Made by a program: the position numbers and the translations under genes. From assembly GCA_950097015.1 (NCBI GenBank), contig CATNEN010000025.1:930001-994000 (forward strand): a DNA stretch of 64,000 bases, written 5' to 3'. The notes below the pieces were generated by a model that worked only from the letters and a program-made list of their open reading frames with translations, did not search any database and was not told the DNA's origin. Below are positions 61,238-64,000 of the stretch, one piece after another (position 1 is the stretch's first letter; the number at the start of each line of letters is the position of its first letter). The DNA comes from Macrostomum hystrix (taxonomy: Eukaryota > Animalia > Platyhelminthes).

Positions 61238-62037
61238 TGATCTCATCTCCGAGCCAACGCTTCGACCTGATCCCATCTCCGAGCCAACGCTTCGACCTGA
61301 TCCCATCTCCGAGCCAACGCTTTGACCTGATCCCATCTCCGAGCCAGCGCTTTGACCTGATCCCATCTCCGAGCCAACGCTTTGACCTGATCCCATCTCC
61401 GAGCCAGCGCTTTGACCTGATCCCATCTCCGAGCCAACGCTTCGACCTGATCCCATCTCCGAGCCAGCGCTTTGACCTGATCCCATCTCCGAGCCAACGC
61501 TTCGACCTGATCCCATCTCCGAGCCAACGCTTTGACCTGATCCCATCTCCGAGCCAACGCTTCGACCTGATCCCATCTCCGAGCCAACGCTTCATTCTGA
61601 TCCCATCTCCGAGCCAACGCTTCGACCTGATCCCATCTCCGAGCCAACGCTTCGACCTGATCCCATCTCCGAGCCAACGCTTCGACCTGATCCCATCTCC
61701 GAGCCAACGCTTCGACCTGATTCCATCTCCGAGCCAACGCTTCGACCTGATCCCATCTCCGAGCCAACGCTTCGACCTGATTCCATCTCCGAGCCAACGC
61801 TTCGACCTGATTCCATCTCCGAGCCAACGCTTCGACCTGATTCCATCTCCGAGCCAACGCTTCGACCTGATCCCATCTCCGAGCCAACGCTTCGACCTGA
61901 TTCCATCTCCGAGCCAACGCTTCGACCTGATTCCATCTCCGAGCCAACGCTTTGACCTGATCCCATCTCCGAGCCAGCGCTTCGACCTGATTCCATCTCC
62001 GAGCCAACGCTTCGACCTGATTCCATCTCCGAGCCAC
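61238..62037. repeat. 30-bp tandem repeat (tcgacctgatcccatctccgagccaacgct)
   Basis: Direct reading. Confidence 0.95.
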
Positions 62038-62751
62038 TTCTTGTCTATTTGCTCAATATCATCGGCGGATGCATCATTATCTTCAGATGCTGCAAAATCT
62101 AGCTGATGAACGACAGCCTAAAAAATTATATAAAATAAAGTTATGCAGACACCATTCTTTACAAGGTACGTATATTAATTGGTCGGAGGACGATGCAAGT
62201 AAACATCTATAAAAACACTTACATAACTGTCCTGCCCAGAGGTGGCCCAGATTAGGTCTGAAAATTTGGTATGAAATATTTGGTATTAAAATATTTGAAA
62301 CTGCAGTATCAGACTCAGTTTCAGATTTAGTCATATTCGGTGATCTAAACGGTAGAGAGACGACAGGGGAATTTCAAAAACACACATTCGTAAAAGGTTC
62401 ATCGTAAAAGGTTGAAAATTCTTATCTTTTTTGTAGACTTTCACGAAAATCGGTCATACCCTTAGCGTATAGGGTATGAATTTGGTTCGAGTGTGGCGGC
62501 ATCCCCAGTCCATGGACTGAACAGCTGTTCACGGCCTCTAGCTGCGGCTGTGCAACTAGCAGTACATCTGGTGCAGCGGGCTAGGTGTCATTTGTACTTT
62601 TAGATATGTCTATCTTCACTAGCTTGTCGATGCTTCAACTAATTCTATGAAATAACAACGAGAGATTTGCAAACAGGCAGATTAAGCAAATAATAATTAT
62701 TTAATCATACTCATTCGCTTCAAAAGTGATCAGTTTTTAGTGTGACATCAG

Positions 62752-63218
62752 AGAGGGAGAGGGAGAGAGGGAAAGAAGGAGATGGATTGAGATGTAGAGA
62801 TGTAGAGAGGTTGAGATGTAGAGATGTAGAGAGGGAGAGAGGTAGAGAGGTAGAGATGTAGAGAGGGAGAGAGGGAGAGAGGTTGGGAGGTAGAGAGGGA
62901 GAGAGGTAGAGATGTAGAGAGGGAGAGAGGGAGAGAGGGAAAGAGGTAGAGAGGTAGAGATGTAGAGAGGGAGAGAGGGAGAGAGGGAGAGAGGTAGAGA
63001 GGGAGAGAGGGAGAGAGGTAGAGATGTAGAGAGGGAGAGAGGGAGAGAGGGAGAGATGTAGAGAGGGAGAGAGGGAGAGAGGTAGAGAGGGAGAGAGGTA
63101 GAGATGTAGAGAGGGAGAGAGGGAGAGAGGGAGAGATGTAGAGAGGGAGAGAGGGAGAGAGGGAGAGAGGGAGAGAGGGAGAGATGTAGAGAGGGAGAGA
63201 GGGAGAGAGGGAGAGAGG
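62752..63218. repeat. GA-rich simple repeat
   Basis: Direct reading. Confidence 0.95.
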
Positions 63219-64000
63219 CAGAGGGTTGCTATCTGTTCGGGCCGAGAGACACGCTGTGGCAAAGTGAAGTCAGACAAGTAAGGGGGTGAGATTTAGGCAG
63301 GTGTGAGCAGTTTACGCACTTAAAACAAGACACGCGGAGAGGATGAGTTAGTAAGTAGACTCCGTGAATCAAAAGGTGAAAGCTGTGCTTTCCAGGAAAC
63401 CTGAAGCGCCATTTTCATTAGAGCTGCTCAGCAATGACAGCTTATTATTTGAAGTCGTTTGTCTTTCCGTCCACGAGTAGAAAGTGCTTCTCTAAAAGAT
63501 GATTGTTTTTTGATGAAAAAATCCCGTAAAACCGAATTACTTTCCTTGTTGGTTAGTCGTGTAACAGTTTTCTGAATGATGAACTGAGCTTTACGGCAGC
63601 TTTGTCTTTTTTTCATCAAGCTTTGATAGACTTAGTTCTCCGTTTCCTTCAACTAGAAACGGGACACACAAGCAAAGTCGAGCTGTAAAGCTGTTCAAGT
63701 CAGTCTCCGCGAGACCCAGCCATTGCGTGAGCGAGAGTCCAGATCCGTGTAAGAATTTCAAAGACAGCGACCTAGCAACTGGACAATGAATTATGAAGGA
63801 TGCGAGCACGCGACTACGCTGGCACTGGGGCTCCGCACTGATTGGAATTATTCCTTTGTTTGTCTGCTTCTGCTATTCCTTTTGAATTAGCTCGCAGATT
63901 GGTAAATAAGTAAGTCTTTGTGAATAAAAAAAAGCAAAATTTAGTATTCTCAAGGTCGCGTGTGTGAGTGTGTGCTCAGGAGTCAGCGAAATGGTCAGAA

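Overview
Eukaryotic (animal) genomic DNA. Exons are GC-rich and Ala-biased, and about a third of the window is tandem minisatellite. This style resembles a free-living flatworm such as Macrostomum, which is an inference only. Manual splice reconstruction gives: a 7-exon puromycin-sensitive aminopeptidase (minus strand); an 8-exon 26S proteasome subunit Rpn1/PSMD2 (minus); an intronless mitochondrial ribosomal protein L9 (minus); an ERICH2-like terminal exon (minus); and a probable somatomedin-B-domain, secretin/adhesion-like 7TM receptor (plus) whose ~17.4-kb first intron appears to contain the whole aminopeptidase gene in antisense. The window also holds an intact, apparently very young Ty3/Gypsy retrotransposon (CHCC-Gag, CsRn1-like) with apparently identical 373-bp LTRs, a 4-bp TSD and a -1 frameshift signal. 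There are two further solo-LTR-like pieces, two tRNA-related SINE families, a nested foldback element, and more than 25 distinct tandem arrays, one with an exact 800-bp higher-order period. No prokaryotic system or CRISPR array is present.
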